Below, piece after piece: positions 28,454-38,219 of a stretch of DNA of 45,371 nucleotides. How positions within the stretch are numbered: position 1 is the first letter of the stretch; each line of letters begins with the position of its first letter. Both the position numbers and the translations under genes were made by a program. Source of the DNA: a bacterium (GTDB lineage Bacteria; Patescibacteriota; Saccharimonadia; Saccharimonadales; UBA4665); NCBI GenBank assembly GCA_021846795.1, contig JAJZWG010000001.1, positions 1 to 45,371 on the forward strand, read 5' to 3'. The notes beneath the pieces were generated by a model, which did no database searches, was not told where the DNA came from, and saw nothing but the letters and a program-made list of their open reading frames with translations.

Positions 28454-29887
28454 ATGAAAGAGAAAATTAAATCTCATTGGTTTATATTGGTTATTTTAGC
28501 TTTTGCTCAATTCATGGTTGTGTTAGATTCTTCAGTTGTCAATGTAGCCCTACCCCATATTCAAAAAACTTTTGATTTATCTACTTCTAATTTACAATGG
28601 ATTATTACGGCTTATACTTTAACTTTTGGTGGTTTTTTACTATTTGGTGGTCGAGCAGCCGATTTATATGGTCGAAAAAAAATCTTTTTAATTGGAGTTA
28701 TTTTTTTCGGTCTAATGTCATTAATAGATGGCTTTTCTAGATCTGGTGGTATGTTAATTGGTTCTAGAATTCTGCAAGGATTAGGTGCTGCTTTTATGTC
28801 ACCAGCCGCTTTATCAATAGTTTTAACAAAATACAGAGAAGGACATAGTAGAAATATTGCGTTATCGGTCTGGGGAGCAGTAGCATCTGGCGGTGCAGCT
28901 GCAGGAGTTTTGCTTGGCGGTATTTTAACCCAATATTATGGCTGGCGTTGGAATTTTTTTATCAATGTACCAATTAGTATTTTAATTTTTGTAATTGCTT
29001 ACAAAATTGTGCCCAGTCATGATGCTGAAGAAAGTAATAATGCGATTGATTTAGCCGGTGCTATTAGTGTCACAATTAGTATGCTATCACTCGTTTATGG
29101 TTTAACTCAAGGACCAACCTACGGTTGGTTTAGCTGGTCAACCTTACCATTTTTTGGTATTACTATTGTTAGCTTAATTTTCTTCTATTTCAATGAAACT
29201 AGACAAAAACATCCTCTTTTACCATTAAATATTTTCAAAAACAAAAACTTAACTGGCGCCAACTTAACAATATTTCCAGTTGTAGCTAGTGTTTATGCAC
29301 TGTTTTTCTTTCTATCATTATATATTCAAAATGTTTTAGGTTACTCACCAGTTAAAACAGGTTTATCATTCTTAATTGTTCCTTTAACAATTATGTTGGC
29401 TGCCACCCAAATACCGAAAATTATTAAAATATTGGGTTCAAAATATGTTCTTATTGGTGGAATTGTTTTAATCGCTATTGCCTTAATTTATCTAACTAAA
29501 TTACCCCTTCACAGTAATTATTGGACAAATATTTTACCAGCCTTAATAATCTTAGGTTTAGGAGCTGGTACTAGTTTTGTTTCGGGTACTATTATTGCTA
29601 CATCAGGTGTTGAAGAACATAAATCAGGTTTAGCCTCAGGAATTTTAAATACTTCTCAACAAATTGGTGGATCGGTTGGTTTAGCAATCTTAACTGGTGT
29701 AACATCATCTTATGTTTTAAAAATTAACCAACATTTACCTAAAAACATTAGTCCCAAATTAATACCTATTTATGTTGCTGTTCATAGTTACAGAGCTGCT
29801 TTTACTGCCGGCGTAATCATAGCTTTAATTGGTATAGTTTTAGCTTTTATTTTAATTGAAAACACTAAACCAAAAAAATTATTATAA
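28454..29887 (+). CDS. MFS drug:H+ antiporter (DHA2, EmrB/QacA-like)
   Basis: LDSSVVNVALP, GRAADLYGRKK, WRWNFFINVP, ASGILNTSQQIGGSVG. Confidence 0.93.
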   Translation: MKEKIKSHWFILVILAFAQFMVVLDSSVVNVALPHIQKTFDLSTSNLQWIITAYTLTFGGFLLFGGRAADLYGRKKIFLIGVIFFGLMSLIDGFSRSGGMLIGSRILQGLGAAFMSPAALSIVLTKYREGHSRNIALSVWGAVASGGAAAGVLLGGILTQYYGWRWNFFINVPISILIFVIAYKIVPSHDAEESNNAIDLAGAISVTISMLSLVYGLTQGPTYGWFSWSTLPFFGITIVSLIFFYFNETRQKHPLLPLNIFKNKNLTGANLTIFPVVASVYALFFFLSLYIQNVLGYSPVKTGLSFLIVPLTIMLAATQIPKIIKILGSKYVLIGGIVLIAIALIYLTKLPLHSNYWTNILPALIILGLGAGTSFVSGTIIATSGVEEHKSGLASGILNTSQQIGGSVGLAILTGVTSSYVLKINQHLPKNISPKLIPIYVAVHSYRAAFTAGVIIALIGIVLAFILIENTKPKKLL

Positions 29888-30850
29888 ATTATCGATGAAA
29901 TCATCCAAAATTTTATTAACTGCTTCAATACTTTTTTGCGCCATAATATGTTGTCTTAAATTACTAGAGCCATTAAAACCATTTAAATATAGTTTTGCAA
30001 ATTTAAATAACTTAAACAACCGACTATCAACGCTATCAAAATAAACTCTATTAAAATTGTTAAGATGATCTTTAAATAAATTAATTTTTTGAATAATAGA
30101 ATATTGGTCCCAACAATCAGCTTCTTTACTAAAAGCTAAAGGATTTTTTAAAACACCTCGGCCGATCATAATACCATCTACCTGATATTGCTGAGCTAGC
30201 CTATGACCAGTCTTTTTATTATCAACATCACCATTACCAACCAATAATATATCTGGGTTAATTTGATCTCTAAGTTTTTTAATCTGATTAATGTAATCCC
30301 AGCGAGCAAATACTTTACTCATATCTTTTTTTGTTCTTAAATGTACGGTTAATAATTGAATCGGTAAACCTAATAAAAATTCATGCCAAGACAAATCTAC
30401 TTCATTAAAACCTAACCGAGTTTTAACGCTAACCGGTAAACCATTTGCACCGTCAACAGTCGCTAAAATTATTTCTTTAGCTAATTGACGATTATTAATT
30501 AAAGCCGAACAACAGCCATTCCTAACAACTGTTTTATCTGGACATCCCATATTTAAATCAATACCATTAAAATTCATAGCTTTTATTTCTTGAGCGACTT
30601 TAAAAAAATTTACTGGATTTTTACCCCATAATTGAGCAATTAATGGTTTTTCTTGAACCGAAAATTTTAGTTTACTTTCTAAATTTTGTCGACCCGATGA
30701 CATTAAACCATCAACGTTAACAAATTCTGTTAACATATAATCTGGTCGAGCTAAATTAACAATTATTTGTCTAAAAACTGTGTCAGTCACGTCATCCATT
30801 GGCGCCAAAGCAAAAAATGGCTTTGGTAATAACTGATAAAAATTTTTCAT
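29882..30850 (-). CDS. dus: tRNA-dihydrouridine synthase
   Basis: LAPMDDVTD, GIDLNMGCP, PVSVKTRLG, GNGDV, GIMIGRG. Confidence 0.93.
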   Translation of the reverse strand: MKNFYQLLPKPFFALAPMDDVTDTVFRQIIVNLARPDYMLTEFVNVDGLMSSGRQNLESKLKFSVQEKPLIAQLWGKNPVNFFKVAQEIKAMNFNGIDLNMGCPDKTVVRNGCCSALINNRQLAKEIILATVDGANGLPVSVKTRLGFNEVDLSWHEFLLGLPIQLLTVHLRTKKDMSKVFARWDYINQIKKLRDQINPDILLVGNGDVDNKKTGHRLAQQYQVDGIMIGRGVLKNPLAFSKEADCWDQYSIIQKINLFKDHLNNFNRVYFDSVDSRLFKLFKFAKLYLNGFNGSSNLRQHIMAQKSIEAVNKILDDFIDNL

Positions 30851-30853
30851 TTA

Positions 30854-31957
30854 TTATTCCCAACTAAAAACTCGAAACGCTATAGCATAAATAATAATAA
30901 ACCAAAGCGCTATTAAACCGATCTCAGGCCCTATCTGAGTAAAATTTTTACCAGCCGTGATTAAAAGCCTTAAGCCGTTAATCACTGGAGTTAAGGGTAA
31001 AAAACTACTAATTTTTTGAAGCCAAAGTGGCATTTCAAATTGCGGAAAGAAAGTTCCAGATAAAAATAACATTGGAAAAACTATAATATTAGCTAGTGGT
31101 GCAGCCTGACGAGCATTTTTTGCCCAACCACCAATTGCTAATCCAATACCTAAAATCATAAAAACACTAAAAATTGTAAAAATTAAAATTTCTAATAAAT
31201 TACCGTTAATTTGTAAATTAAATAATAAAATAGCCGCTATAAACTGAACAACAATAGCCATGACGCCAATTAAAGCCTGCGACAACATAGTTGCTAAAAA
31301 ATATTGCCAAACTTTAATTGGTGTTGTATGAAGACGACGTAAAATTCCCTGCTTTTTTAATTCAGGAAAAATTTCAATTTGACTAAAAATTCCAACACCT
31401 ATAATACTAAAACCCAATATGCCTGCAAAAGTATAATCAAAAATCGTTAAACTATTTTGATTTAATTTTTGCGATAAAACAGTAAATGGTTTAAATGATT
31501 TAACTAAATGATTATTTAAATCTTTGACAATTGTACTATTAATCAATGAATTAATAGTTTGAGCAGCAATAGTTGAATTTTCGGTATATAAAATTTTAAC
31601 TTGACCGGTTGGAATATTGTTTTTTATTTGACCGAAGTTTTTATTTAATACAATGGTCGCATCAATTTTGTTATAAATCATACTCTGTTTAGCATTGTTT
31701 AAAGATTTAATCGATTGATTAACTTTAAAAATTTTATTAGACTCTAAATTTGCAATAAATTGCCTTGAAATTGAAGATGATGATTGATTAATAACGGCTA
31801 TTTTAAAAGAAATATTACTATTATTGTTGACCATAAAACCCAATACAATTAAAAAAATTAATGGGAACAATACGGCAAAAAATATTGCTAATCGGTCACG
31901 AAAAAATCGTTTTATATTAATTTTTGTAAAAATTAAAACTGTTTTTAAGCTTGCCAT
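30854..31957 (-). CDS. ABC-2 type transporter permease
   Basis: RDRLAIFF..LFP, GILRRLHTTP, FLSGTFFP..MP.WLQ. Confidence 0.9.
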   Translation of the reverse strand: MASLKTVLIFTKINIKRFFRDRLAIFFAVLFPLIFLIVLGFMVNNNSNISFKIAVINQSSSSISRQFIANLESNKIFKVNQSIKSLNNAKQSMIYNKIDATIVLNKNFGQIKNNIPTGQVKILYTENSTIAAQTINSLINSTIVKDLNNHLVKSFKPFTVLSQKLNQNSLTIFDYTFAGILGFSIIGVGIFSQIEIFPELKKQGILRRLHTTPIKVWQYFLATMLSQALIGVMAIVVQFIAAILLFNLQINGNLLEILIFTIFSVFMILGIGLAIGGWAKNARQAAPLANIIVFPMLFLSGTFFPQFEMPLWLQKISSFLPLTPVINGLRLLITAGKNFTQIGPEIGLIALWFIIIYAIAFRVFSWE

Positions 31958-32731
31958 TTAATTTTCTCTCAACTCTTTTCCGGTTAAATCAATAAAAACA
32001 TCTTCTAAATTAGCTTGTTCAACTTTTTGATCTTTTTTAAAACCTTTTTTAATCAAATTATCAATTAATTTCTTGGGTTGATCGAGGGCAATTATTTTAC
32101 CGTTATCCATGATAGCAACCCGATCACATAATAATTCGGCTTCATCCATATAATGAGTAGTTAGTATAATAGTCAAACCTTTATCTCTAATTGATTTAAT
32201 TAATTGCCATAAATTTCTTCGAGCTTGAGGGTCTAATCCGGTGGTTGGTTCATCTAAGAAAAAAATCTTAGGGTTATGAACTAGAGCCACTGCGACACTA
32301 AAGCGTTGTTTTTGACCACCAGATAAAGTTTCAGCATAACTATTAGCTTTATCTAATAATCCAACTTCATCAAGTAATTGACGCCAGTTAATTTTAACTT
32401 GATAAGTTGCTGCGAACATTTCTAATATTTCTTTTAATTTTTGTTTATCCTGAAAAGCGGGTGTTTGCGGTTGAATACCAATAATTTTTTTTACATTTAA
32501 TGGATTTTTGGCGACATCAAAACCGTTAACTATAATTTGACCTTCATCAATTGGTCTTAAAGTTTCAATCATTTCTAGAGTAGTAGTTTTACCAGCACCA
32601 TTTGGTCCTAAAATACCAAATATTTCTCCCTGTTTAACTGTTAAATTAAGGTCATTAACGACAATTAAATTGTTATAAAATTTTTTGATATGTTTAATTT
32701 CTAAAATAACTGATTTTCTAGAAGTCACCAT
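31958..32731 (-). CDS. ABC transporter ATP-binding protein
   Basis: GPNGAGKTT, LSGGQKQR, FLDEPTTGLD, TTHYMDEA. Confidence 0.95.
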   Translation of the reverse strand: MVTSRKSVILEIKHIKKFYNNLIVVNDLNLTVKQGEIFGILGPNGAGKTTTLEMIETLRPIDEGQIIVNGFDVAKNPLNVKKIIGIQPQTPAFQDKQKLKEILEMFAATYQVKINWRQLLDEVGLLDKANSYAETLSGGQKQRFSVAVALVHNPKIFFLDEPTTGLDPQARRNLWQLIKSIRDKGLTIILTTHYMDEAELLCDRVAIMDNGKIIALDQPKKLIDNLIKKGFKKDQKVEQANLEDVFIDLTGKELREN

Positions 32732-32748
32732 TCATAATATTTTAACAT

Positions 32749-32781
32749 AAAAAAACACCTAAAATATTCTTTAGGTGTTTT
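32749..32781 (-). terminator. Intrinsic terminator of the 64-aa gene
   Basis: AAAACACCTAAA-atattc-TTTAGGTGTTTT hairpin with a U-tract on the minus strand. Confidence 0.8.
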
Positions 32782-32805
32782 AATAGAAAAATTAATAATT
32801 AAATA

Positions 32806-33000
32806 TTATTTCTTTTTTAATGTCAAAAAGCCATTTTTTGGACTTTCTTGAACAGATCGATCGCTTGGTAAATCACAAGCTGTAGCTCTTTTATCTTTTG
32901 AAAAATAATAAATAGTATTCTTTTGTCCACCTTTTAGCGTAACTTCTTGACAATTCAAATAAAATGTAACGCCTTTTGAATTAGTGTGCTGATAAGCCAT
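32806..33000 (-). CDS. Small basic hypothetical protein (64 aa)
   Basis: Purine-rich SD (AGAGGGAG), own terminator, protein-like sequence MAYQHTNSKG..YL..TLKGG..IYYFSK. Confidence 0.8.
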   Translation of the reverse strand: MAYQHTNSKGVTFYLNCQEVTLKGGQKNTIYYFSKDKRATACDLPSDRSVQESPKNGFLTLKKK

Positions 33001-33201
33001 TGTTTAAGCTCTCCCTCTTAAAATTAATATTACTATCTCAACATACTCCTAAAATTCTATATTTGTCAACATTTTATTAATCTGTTACTAGGATATCCAC
33101 AAATTTACATCTGTTAATCATCATTAAAAATAATTTTTAAATTTTAACTTGCGAAAATTAATCAGCTATTATAAACTAACTGAGTAAGCATAAAAATTAA
33201 G

Positions 33202-33876
33202 GTGGAGACATATAATATGGATTTTACGAATCGTTCTTCTCAACAAATGCCTGATGCGACAACAATGAGTCCTCAGTCGGATATGGGAAAAATTAAAAAT
33301 AAACAAACTAATAAGTTCTCTGATAAAAATGACAAAAATAAAGTTTTGAATATAATTTCCATTATATTTGGAATTGCTGTCGTAATTTTAATAGTAGCTT
33401 TATTAATTTATATTGCTTTATCTAATTCTAGTAGCAATTCAGAAAGTTCTTATATTTACAAAAACAAACTTCAAGCCGTTTTCTTAAATACTGGCCAAGT
33501 TTATTTTGGTAATATTCAAAAAATTAATTCTAGTTATTTTGTTTTAACAAATATTTTTTATTTACAAACAAATTCAACGGCTACTTCAAGCAAATCAACA
33601 TCTTCACCAAGTGTTTCGTTGGTTAAACTGGGTTGTGAATTGCATGCTCCATACGATAGAATGATCATTAATTCTTCCCAAGTTACTTTCTGGGAAAATC
33701 TAAAATCAACCGGAAAAGTCTCTCAAGCTGTCGCAGCTTTTGATAAAGCTCATCCAAATGGTCAACAAACTTGTTCCAATCAAACAAGTTCAGCTTCTAA
33801 CACTAGTGGTACAAACGTTCAACCAAAAACTCAAAACCCAACTAATGTTCCGGTTTCATCAACCAAAAAACCTTAA
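33202..33876 (+). CDS. Membrane-anchored hypothetical protein of a CPR-widespread type
   Basis: Single TM, QAVFLNTGQVYFG and LVKLGCELHAP motifs. The true start may be ATG 33217 after AAGGTGGAG. Confidence 0.75.
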   Translation: METYNMDFTNRSSQQMPDATTMSPQSDMGKIKNKQTNKFSDKNDKNKVLNIISIIFGIAVVILIVALLIYIALSNSSSNSESSYIYKNKLQAVFLNTGQVYFGNIQKINSSYFVLTNIFYLQTNSTATSSKSTSSPSVSLVKLGCELHAPYDRMIINSSQVTFWENLKSTGKVSQAVAAFDKAHPNGQQTCSNQTSSASNTSGTNVQPKTQNPTNVPVSSTKKP

Positions 33877-33893
33877 CAAAAAACTATAAACAA

Positions 33894-33932
33894 AAAAATA
33901 AAAACCTTCTCTAGTGGAAGGTTTTTATTTTT
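33894..33932. terminator. Bidirectional intrinsic terminator
   Basis: AAAAATAAAAACCTTC-tctagtg-GAAGGTTTTTATTTTT. Confidence 0.85.
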
Positions 33933-33999
33933 GCTTTAAATCAATCCTATAAAATCTATTGAACTATTTAATAAATATAAGTAATTAAATAATTTATAA

Positions 34000-34192
34000 G
34001 TCTTAAACTGACTTGACCGTAAGATCATGTTTTGGAGCTGTTAATAAATAGCATGTGCTTAATTTTGGCATTTTAACGTAATTATCGAGAGATACCTCAT
34101 AATTCCTCCAACTTCAGTTACAGAGCCCATAAATAAGTCGTTTTATATTTAGTCAACTTTTCAACACACTAATTGACCGGCTCGGGTATTAA
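34000..34192. ncRNA. Candidate structured ncRNA (possibly 6S-like)
   Basis: Relatively GC-rich intergenic tract with nested complementary segments (aaactgactt/aagtcgttt, gtaa/ttac, ttggag/ctccaa); family not established. Confidence 0.3.
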
Positions 34193-34218
34193 AATCTTAT
34201 TTAACTATTTAATAAAAA

Positions 34219-34839
34219 TTACTTAGTCGTTAACCGAAGCCACAAATTAATCGTATAAACTATTAAACCGGTTAAAAATAAAAATAAACTTATTAAAAGA
34301 GTAATGCCAGCTAAATCTGGCGACCAAACTGGAGTAATAAAATCAAATTCAAATAAACTAGGTGAAATTGGGTTAATTTTAACTCCGTGTTGAGTGACAT
34401 ATTTTTCAATACAAGGAACTCTCGGTCCACCCAAAAAGTCAACTGTTCCAATTGGTATAACCTTCTGACAATAATCTTCAGCTTTAGTATAAAGACCTAA
34501 ATTAGCTTGAGCTAACTGTTGACTTTGAGCCTTCACCGCTCTTTCATAACTATATTTTAATTGAATGGGTGGATAAACTGAATCATTGCCAGAATTTAAA
34601 TTAGTGTTCATATTACTAATTACATAAGCTTGTAGTTTATCTAAAGCTTGTTGCACTCCAACACCCTTTTTATCAGCAACAGCTAATTGGTTGCGTAATT
34701 TAATCATAGTTAAATTATTATTTCTAAGGCTAAAGACAGCTATAACCAAAAAAACTAAGCCAATAGCAAAAAAATAACGAACTTTAATATGTTTTGTATA
34801 GTGAGAATAAGAATAATGAAGTGATTTTTTATTCATCAA
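34219..34839 (-). CDS. Hypothetical membrane protein (N- and C-terminal TM)
   Basis: ORF track; LRNNNLTM, MNT and WSPDLAG motifs. Confidence 0.75.
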   Translation of the reverse strand: MMNKKSLHYSYSHYTKHIKVRYFFAIGLVFLVIAVFSLRNNNLTMIKLRNQLAVADKKGVGVQQALDKLQAYVISNMNTNLNSGNDSVYPPIQLKYSYERAVKAQSQQLAQANLGLYTKAEDYCQKVIPIGTVDFLGGPRVPCIEKYVTQHGVKINPISPSLFEFDFITPVWSPDLAGITLLISLFLFLTGLIVYTINLWLRLTTK

Positions 34840-34906
34840 TAATATTATGACACATCAAGCTTAAACTATTGATTAATCATAAACTATCTACGATACTTAA
34901 ATTATT

Positions 34907-36220
34907 ATGCACGTATTTTTTTCTGGTATAGGTGGAACTGGTATTGGTCCAATTGCTCAAATAGCTTATCAAGCCGGTTTTGATGTTAGTGGATCAGATA
35001 AAAGAAATTCAAATTATATTCAATATCTTAAAAAACAAGGTTTAAAAAATATAAATATCGGTCAAGAAAAAAAATTTATAGCTAAAATTCATCAAAAAAA
35101 TCCAATTGATTGGTTTGTTTATAGTTCAGCCATTCAGTTTGAAAATCAAAACTCTGAAGAAATAATATTTTGTCAAAATAATCAGATTAAAACATCAAAA
35201 AGAGATTTATTTGTCAATTATTTTATCAATCAACATCAGTTAAAAATGATAGCAATTGCTGGCACTCACGGTAAAACCACCTTAACGGCTATGGTAGTTT
35301 ATCTTTTTAAATCTTTAAATATACCCCTAACCTATATACTGCCCGCTAAAACATCATTTGGGCAAATGGGTGAATACAATCCCAAAAGTGCTTATTTTGT
35401 CTATGAAGCCGATGAATTTGATAGAAATTTTTTATCCTTTAAACCATTTTAAAGCATTATTAGTGGTTTAGCTTATGATCATCAAGAGATTTATCCTACT
35501 CATCAAGATTATCTTAAAGCTTTCGCTGATTTTATTAATCAAAGTCATCAAACTATTTTATATCAACGAGAATTAAATTTATTTCAACCCAATTCATTAA
35601 ACAATATTATTGTTTTCGATGAAAACCATTCTTTAATCAATAAAATAAATCTGCTAGGTAAATACAATCGTCAAGATGCCTATTTAGCTTTTCAAGCTTT
35701 ATTACAAATAAAACCAGAATTAACTATTGATCAACTAACAACTTTAATTAATAATTTTCCAGGTTTATCAAGAAGAATGGAAAAAATTACCACTAATCTC
35801 TATAGTGATTATGCTCATACACCAGAAAAAATTAAAGCAGCACTTAATGTTACCGAAGAGCTTTCTAAAGAACTAGTAAAATATCATCAAAATAGTGGCA
35901 AAATTATTATAATCTATGAGCCGTTAACCAACCGTCGACAACATTATATTAAAGAACAATATAAAAATTTATTTAACAACGTTGATCAACTATACTGGGT
36001 TCCAAGTTATTTAGCCAGAGAAGATCCAGCACAAACTATTTTAAAACCTCAAGACTTAATAAAATATTTATCAAAACCCAATCAAGCTCAATGTCAAAAT
36101 CTTGATAATCAATTAAAAAATAAAATTCAACAACACTTAAAAAATCAGGACTTAGTTATAGCTTTAAGTGGTGGTGGTGGTGATAGTCTTGATGAATGGT
36201 TAAGAAAAAATTTTAACTAA
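34907..36220 (+). pseudogene. murC: UDP-N-acetylmuramate--L-alanine ligase (MurC-like) interrupted by one in-frame TAA
   Basis: GIGGTGI, GTHGKTT, EADEFDR, [TAA 35450-35452], YDH, GLSRRME, DYAHTP all lie in a single frame. Confidence 0.85.
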
Positions 36221-36233
36221 AATGACTATTATT

Positions 36234-36782
36234 TTACTTAGTTAAAACAAAAATAACTGTGATGATTACCAAAACAATCATAAGACTAATTAAAACAAAC
36301 CAAGTTTTTTTATGATGTGAATTAGATAAAGTATTTTGATTTAATTCATCTTCCAGCATATCCTCCAAAACCAATAAATCATCAGCTTCATTTTTTTCTA
36401 TTTCTTCGATGGTTTGATCATCAATCTCTAAATCATCACCGTTAACTATATTATTGGTTTTAACTATTTCTGGCTTGTCGATAGAATCTTTTAAAATATT
36501 AACTTTAACATCTCGGCTAAAGTCATGATTATCGTTATCGAGTTGATTATTATCTAAAACTAAAATTTTTTCATTCAAATTGGCATTTAAATTATTAATA
36601 ATATTTTCTTTTTTATCATCAATAATTTTTAAATCATCAGATTCAACTGAATTGGTTGATTCATCATCCGGAATCTCAATACTCATCATTTTATCAATTT
36701 TTTTTTCTAGATCTCGATTGATTTGATTATAACTATTAACAACTTTATTTCTTTTCATTGTACTTATAAATAAGCATAACAA
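36234..36782 (-). CDS. Acidic low-complexity protein with C-terminal TM
   Basis: ORF track; D/E/N-rich with a tail anchor. Confidence 0.65.
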   Translation of the reverse strand: MLCLFISTMKRNKVVNSYNQINRDLEKKIDKMMSIEIPDDESTNSVESDDLKIIDDKKENIINNLNANLNEKILVLDNNQLDNDNHDFSRDVKVNILKDSIDKPEIVKTNNIVNGDDLEIDDQTIEEIEKNEADDLLVLEDMLEDELNQNTLSNSHHKKTWFVLISLMIVLVIITVIFVLTK

Positions 36783-36869
36783 TTAAAGTTTAATACTTCA
36801 ATTAAAGTCAAATATTTTAAAATAAACTATAATTGAGTTATAATACTAACTAATAATCAAGGTTTATGT

Positions 36870-37397
36870 ATGAAAATTAAACTATTAAAAATTTCAAAAG
36901 CTCTCGAACCATTTTTTAAAAATTTACCACCCTTTACCGACAAAACTAAAAAATGGTTATATAAATATTTACCAATTATAGCTCTAATTGTTGGCATTTT
37001 ATATGGTTTATCAGCTCTATCTTTCTGGGAAACAGGTCATATGTCAATTATCGGCTCAACCACTTACACTCAAAATGGTTTATCAATTAATCCTGTTTAT
37101 AATTTAAACATATTTTATTATATAGATTTTATTTTATTAATTATTGATACTATTATTTTTATTGCTGCTTATTTTAGTCTAAAAACAAACACCGATAATG
37201 GTTGGTTAACTGCTTTTAGTGGATTATTAATTTATGCATTATACGCTATTATTGGACTTTTTTCTCCAGTTGATGGTGGTTTAGGTAGTTTTATTATTGT
37301 TTTAATATTTTGTTTTATAGGTTTTTATATACTCTATCAAATTAAACCTCTTTACACTGTTAAATTAAAAACTAAAAAAATTAAAAAATCTAAGTAA
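36870..37397 (+). CDS. Hypothetical 4-TM membrane protein
   Basis: ORF track; hydrophobic segments; FYILYQIK C-terminal motif. Confidence 0.75.
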   Translation: MKIKLLKISKALEPFFKNLPPFTDKTKKWLYKYLPIIALIVGILYGLSALSFWETGHMSIIGSTTYTQNGLSINPVYNLNIFYYIDFILLIIDTIIFIAAYFSLKTNTDNGWLTAFSGLLIYALYAIIGLFSPVDGGLGSFIIVLIFCFIGFYILYQIKPLYTVKLKTKKIKKSK

Positions 37398-38178
37398 TTT
37401 GAATTGATTCAACTATACCATAAGTTTGTTCGTCAACAATTGATTGATTTACAAAATTGGCATTAACAACCATCGGTTGAACATTGTGACAATTTTTATT
37501 AACACATTGATTGAATGAAATAATGATCAAAGGATTTAATTTTTCCATATCACCAATTGGAATAACTTGTTTGAATTCATAGCCAAAACTACCAGTTAAA
37601 TAAATTGCGTTGAGGCCACCAACAATATTGGTTGATGGATATTGAGCAAAAGATAAATATGTTTGATTGCTCTGAAGACTAGTCGGTTTTTTATATTTTA
37701 CAATTTTAGAATTCAAGACAGCTAAAGAAAAATTACCAAATTGGGGTGGAATAACAGTTTTTTGATTAATCATAATTTCAATTCTACCTTTTACCTGATG
37801 ATGTAAATCATTTAAAATATTGGTAATTGGAGAATTAATTTCAATTAAACCATGATGATTGTTAAAAACTGTCCAATTACTTGGATAACTAAAATTAATA
37901 TTCGAAGAATTTGAAACATATTGTTTTATGGTGGCGGTTTTTATAATGGTATTTTTTTTAATTATTTTTGATTGATTATTAACCAATGTAACTATTAAAC
38001 CTATAAATCCTATAATTAATAATAAACCTATAAATCCTAAAAATAATTTTAATCGTCGTTGTCGTTGTTTTTTTCGTCTATTGTAACGACTATTTGTTAA
38101 ATTGGCATTTGTTAATCTGTCATCTGTTTGATGAATAGCTTCTGGTTTAAAATCTGGCTGATTAAATTGAAAAGACAT
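37390..38178 (-). CDS. Single-TM exported protein (PsbP/Mog1-like FSYPxxW motif)
   Basis: Basic stretch plus TM, NFSYPSNWTV, C-terminal IVESIQI. Confidence 0.7.
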   Translation of the reverse strand: MSFQFNQPDFKPEAIHQTDDRLTNANLTNSRYNRRKKQRQRRLKLFLGFIGLLLIIGFIGLIVTLVNNQSKIIKKNTIIKTATIKQYVSNSSNINFSYPSNWTVFNNHHGLIEINSPITNILNDLHHQVKGRIEIMINQKTVIPPQFGNFSLAVLNSKIVKYKKPTSLQSNQTYLSFAQYPSTNIVGGLNAIYLTGSFGYEFKQVIPIGDMEKLNPLIIISFNQCVNKNCHNVQPMVVNANFVNQSIVDEQTYGIVESIQIT

Positions 38179-38219
38179 TTAATTATATTGTAGCAAAAAA
38201 CAATTAAGTATATCTAAAA

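Noticed and set aside
29856..30044. 62-aa plus-strand ORF
   Set aside because: Antisense to the dus 3' end
35450..35452. Genome-wide stop-codon reassignment as the explanation for the murC stop
   Set aside because: TAA terminates most genes here and TGA also ends genes (gmk, ftsH, doc), consistent with code 11
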